This document shows, piece after piece, positions 62,153 through 64,000 of a stretch of DNA of 64,000 nucleotides. The translations under genes and the position numbers were made by a program. The stretch lies in assembly GCA_903927755.1 (NCBI GenBank), contig CAIYOD010000072.1, positions 53,254 to 117,253 of the forward strand, given 5' to 3'. Origin of the DNA: an uncultured Thermoleophilia bacterium. GTDB lineage: Bacteria > Actinomycetota > Thermoleophilia > UBA2241. Position 1 is the stretch's first letter, and each line of letters starts with the position of its first letter. A model generated the notes under the pieces. That model had not been told where the DNA came from. It saw only the letters and a list, made by a program, of their open reading frames with translations, and did no database searches.

Positions 62153-62708
62153 GAGTCTCGTTGTACAACGCGAGTGCCGCTGGGACCACCCCTCGGCCGC
62201 GGCCGATGATGTCCAGGAGGCCCAGACGTGCCGCGGCGCCGACGGCGCGATCGAGCGACGTCGTCGCCAGCTCGCGCACCTCCTCCACGCCAGGGAAGTC
62301 CCGTCCGGGCTCCAGGTAGTCGGCGAGGTACACGCATTTTTCCAGCGTGCTCATACCGGCGGCGCCGACGGTGTGCAGGCGGATCGCCGACGTCACCTCG
62401 ACATCCAGTCCCAGTTCGGCCAGCTCCGCGGCGGCGACCGGTCCGTGCAGGATCTTCTTGGGCCGGCGCGCTTCCACCGGGCTCACGGGGACGCCGAAGC
62501 GCGCCGCCGCCGCAAGCGTGTCCTCGTCGGAGAGCTCGCGGCAGTAGTCGTGCAACAGGCCCGCGAGCTCGGCCTTCTCCGAAGAGGCGCCGAACCGCTC
62601 GGCAAGGACCACCGCTTCCGCCGCCACGCGGTGGGCGTGATCGCGGCGGCGCGGCGACAGTCTGGCGGCGATGAGCGCCTCCGCCGACGCCTTGTCGATC
62701 CGGGTCAT
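62139..62708 (-). CDS. yqeK: HD-domain bis(5'-nucleosyl)-tetraphosphatase YqeK
   Basis: 189 aa. HD motif HAHRVA...LLHDY. Confidence 0.85.
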   Translation of the reverse strand: MTRIDKASAEALIAARLSPRRRDHAHRVAAEAVVLAERFGASSEKAELAGLLHDYCRELSDEDTLAAAARFGVPVSPVEARRPKKILHGPVAAAELAELGLDVEVTSAIRLHTVGAAGMSTLEKCVYLADYLEPGRDFPGVEEVRELATTSLDRAVGAAARLGLLDIIGRGRGVVPAALALYNETHAEA

Positions 62709-63307
62709 CGGTACAACCTCGTCTCCTGGATGTACTGCTCCACGCGGCGCGGCACCAGATACCGGATGGGCCGTCCCCGGGCGGCGCGCTCGCGCACCAC
62801 GGACGACGAGATGTCCAGCAGCGGGAGGTCGAGGAGCCCGACACGGTCCCCGTCCCAGCGAGCCGCGGCGGCGGCGATCGCCTCCGGCGCATCGCCCGGC
62901 CGCGGCGCCACGGCCAGCGAGCAGAGTGAGAGCAGCTCCTGAGGTTCATGCCACGACTCCAGTTGCAGCAGCGAGTCCGACCCCATGATGAAGACGAGCT
63001 CGTGGCCGGCGTGGCGCTCGCCCAGGGCACGCAGGGTGTCGACCGTGTAGACGAGCCCTTTCTCGATCTCGATGCCTGAGGCGGTGAATCGCAGGTCGTC
63101 GTCGATGGCCAGTGACGTCATCTCGAGCCTGACGGCGGCCGGAGTGCGCTCCCCCGCCCCCTTGTGCGGCGGGGCGGCGGCCGGCACGAAGAGGACGCGC
63201 TCAAGTCCCAGGGCGTGACACGCCTCAGAAGCGATGACGAGATGGGCGACGTGCGGCGGGTCGAAACTCCCGCCCAGGATGCCGAGGCGAGGCGGCAAGG
63301 TCGCCAC
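62705..63307 (-). CDS. nadD: nicotinate-nucleotide adenylyltransferase
   Basis: MATLPPRLGILGGSFDPPHVAHL..., 200 aa. Confidence 0.93.
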   Translation of the reverse strand: MATLPPRLGILGGSFDPPHVAHLVIASEACHALGLERVLFVPAAAPPHKGAGERTPAAVRLEMTSLAIDDDLRFTASGIEIEKGLVYTVDTLRALGERHAGHELVFIMGSDSLLQLESWHEPQELLSLCSLAVAPRPGDAPEAIAAAAARWDGDRVGLLDLPLLDISSSVVRERAARGRPIRYLVPRRVEQYIQETRLYR

Positions 63308-63311
63308 GGGC

Positions 63312-64000
63312 CTAGCCCCTCACCTGCCCGTCGCCCCACAGCTCGTACTTGACGCAGGTGAGCTCCTGCAGCGCGATCGGGCCCCGGACGTGCAGCTTCT
63401 GTGTGGAGATGCCCATCTCGGCGCCCAGGCCGAACTGGCCGCCGTCGGTGAACCGGGTCGAGGCATTCACGTAGACACAGGCGGCGTCGACCTGGGCGAC
63501 GAACTGCCGCGCCGCGGCCAGGTCCTCGGTCACGATGGCCTCGGAGTGACGCGTGCCGTAGGTCGCGATGTGCTCGACCGCCTCGTCCAGCGACGTCACG
63601 ACGCGGATCGCGAGCTTGAGCGCCAGGAACTCGGTGTCGTAGTGCGTCTTGTTGGCGCGCTTGAGCGCCGGGTCGGCGATGATGTCGCCCGCCGCCTTGT
63701 CCACGACCAGCTCGACGCCGCGCCTCTTGAGCTCCTCGGCGGCGCGCGGAAGGAAGGCTGCGGCGACGTCGTGGTGGACGAGCAGCGTCTCGGCGGCGTT
63801 GCAGACGCCCGGGCGCTGGCATTTTGCGTTGACGATGATGGGCAGCGCCTTGTCCAGGTCCGCGGCGGCATCCACGTACACGTGACAGTTGCCGCCGGCC
63901 GCGTAGATGACCGGCACCTTGCTGTTCTCGAGCAGGTATTCCTTGAGGTCCTCGCCGCCCCGGGGGATCACGAGATCCACGTACCTGCGCTGTTTGAGCA
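63312..64000 (-). CDS. proA: gamma-glutamyl phosphate reductase (C-terminal part; gene continues past the right edge)
   Basis: 229 aa of C-terminal ProA (...NAKCQRPGVCNAAETLLVH...GDGQVRG) ending at 63312. Confidence 0.88.
   Translation of the reverse strand, partial: LKQRRYVDLVIPRGGEDLKEYLLENSKVPVIYAAGGNCHVYVDAAADLDKALPIIVNAKCQRPGVCNAAETLLVHHDVAAAFLPRAAEELKRRGVELVVDKAAGDIIADPALKRANKTHYDTEFLALKLAIRVVTSLDEAVEHIATYGTRHSEAIVTEDLAAARQFVAQVDAACVYVNASTRFTDGGQFGLGAEMGISTQKLHVRGPIALQELTCVKYELWGDGQVRG

Overview
High-GC (~70%) bacterial chromosomal segment made almost entirely of core housekeeping genes. About 60 genes lie on the minus strand; only rpmB and possibly one small ORF are on the plus strand. 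Most start and stop codons abut or overlap, for example ATGA and GTGA junctions. Nearly all long plus-strand ORFs in the six-frame track are Arg/Ala-rich antisense artefacts of the GC content.

Gene content in minus-strand transcription order, right to left:
- proA (3' end), nadD, yqeK, a LytR_C membrane protein and rsfS.
- A secreted CAP-domain protein, dinB and an EF-G paralog.
- pdxS-pdxT-yebC, ruvC-ruvA-ruvB, queH-queA-tgt and yajC.
- A parA-like gene, ftsZ, scpA, scpB and rluB.
- hisC-like, aroF, tyrA, cmk, plsC, ispH, a DUF512 radical-SAM-like gene, der, plsY and gpsA.
- metK-priA-def-fmt-rsmB-rpe.
- An FMN riboswitch followed by ribD-ribE-ribBA-ribH, with rpmB on the plus strand.
- DUF1858, asp23, fakA, fakB and recG.
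- A DHH-CBS-CCA tRNA nucleotidyltransferase and an S2P protease.
- pgeF-yggS-sepF-proC-divIVA, a DUF167 gene, a 54-aa zinc-ribbon gene and lspA-rluD.
- pyrR-pyrB-pyrC-carA-carB-pyrK (5' end).

Synteny resembles Actinobacteria (Mycobacterium-like parA-scpAB-rluB-cmk-der and fmt-fmu-rpe-rib blocks), mixed with a Bacillus-like lspA-rluD-pyrR-pyrB order. No tRNA or rRNA genes, CRISPR arrays, transposases or integrases were seen.

The most unusual features are listed below.
- A bona fide ftsZ sits outside the division cluster, inside a parA-like/ftsZ/scpA/scpB operon.
- A DHH-DHHA1-CBS-CCA fusion enzyme is coupled to the division-cluster remnant.
- The EF-G paralog has substituted GTPase motifs.
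- rsfS has no canonical start codon.
- The RNA elements are an FMN riboswitch, a PyrR-box leader, an SD-sequestering metK leader and paired palindromic repeats upstream of tgt.
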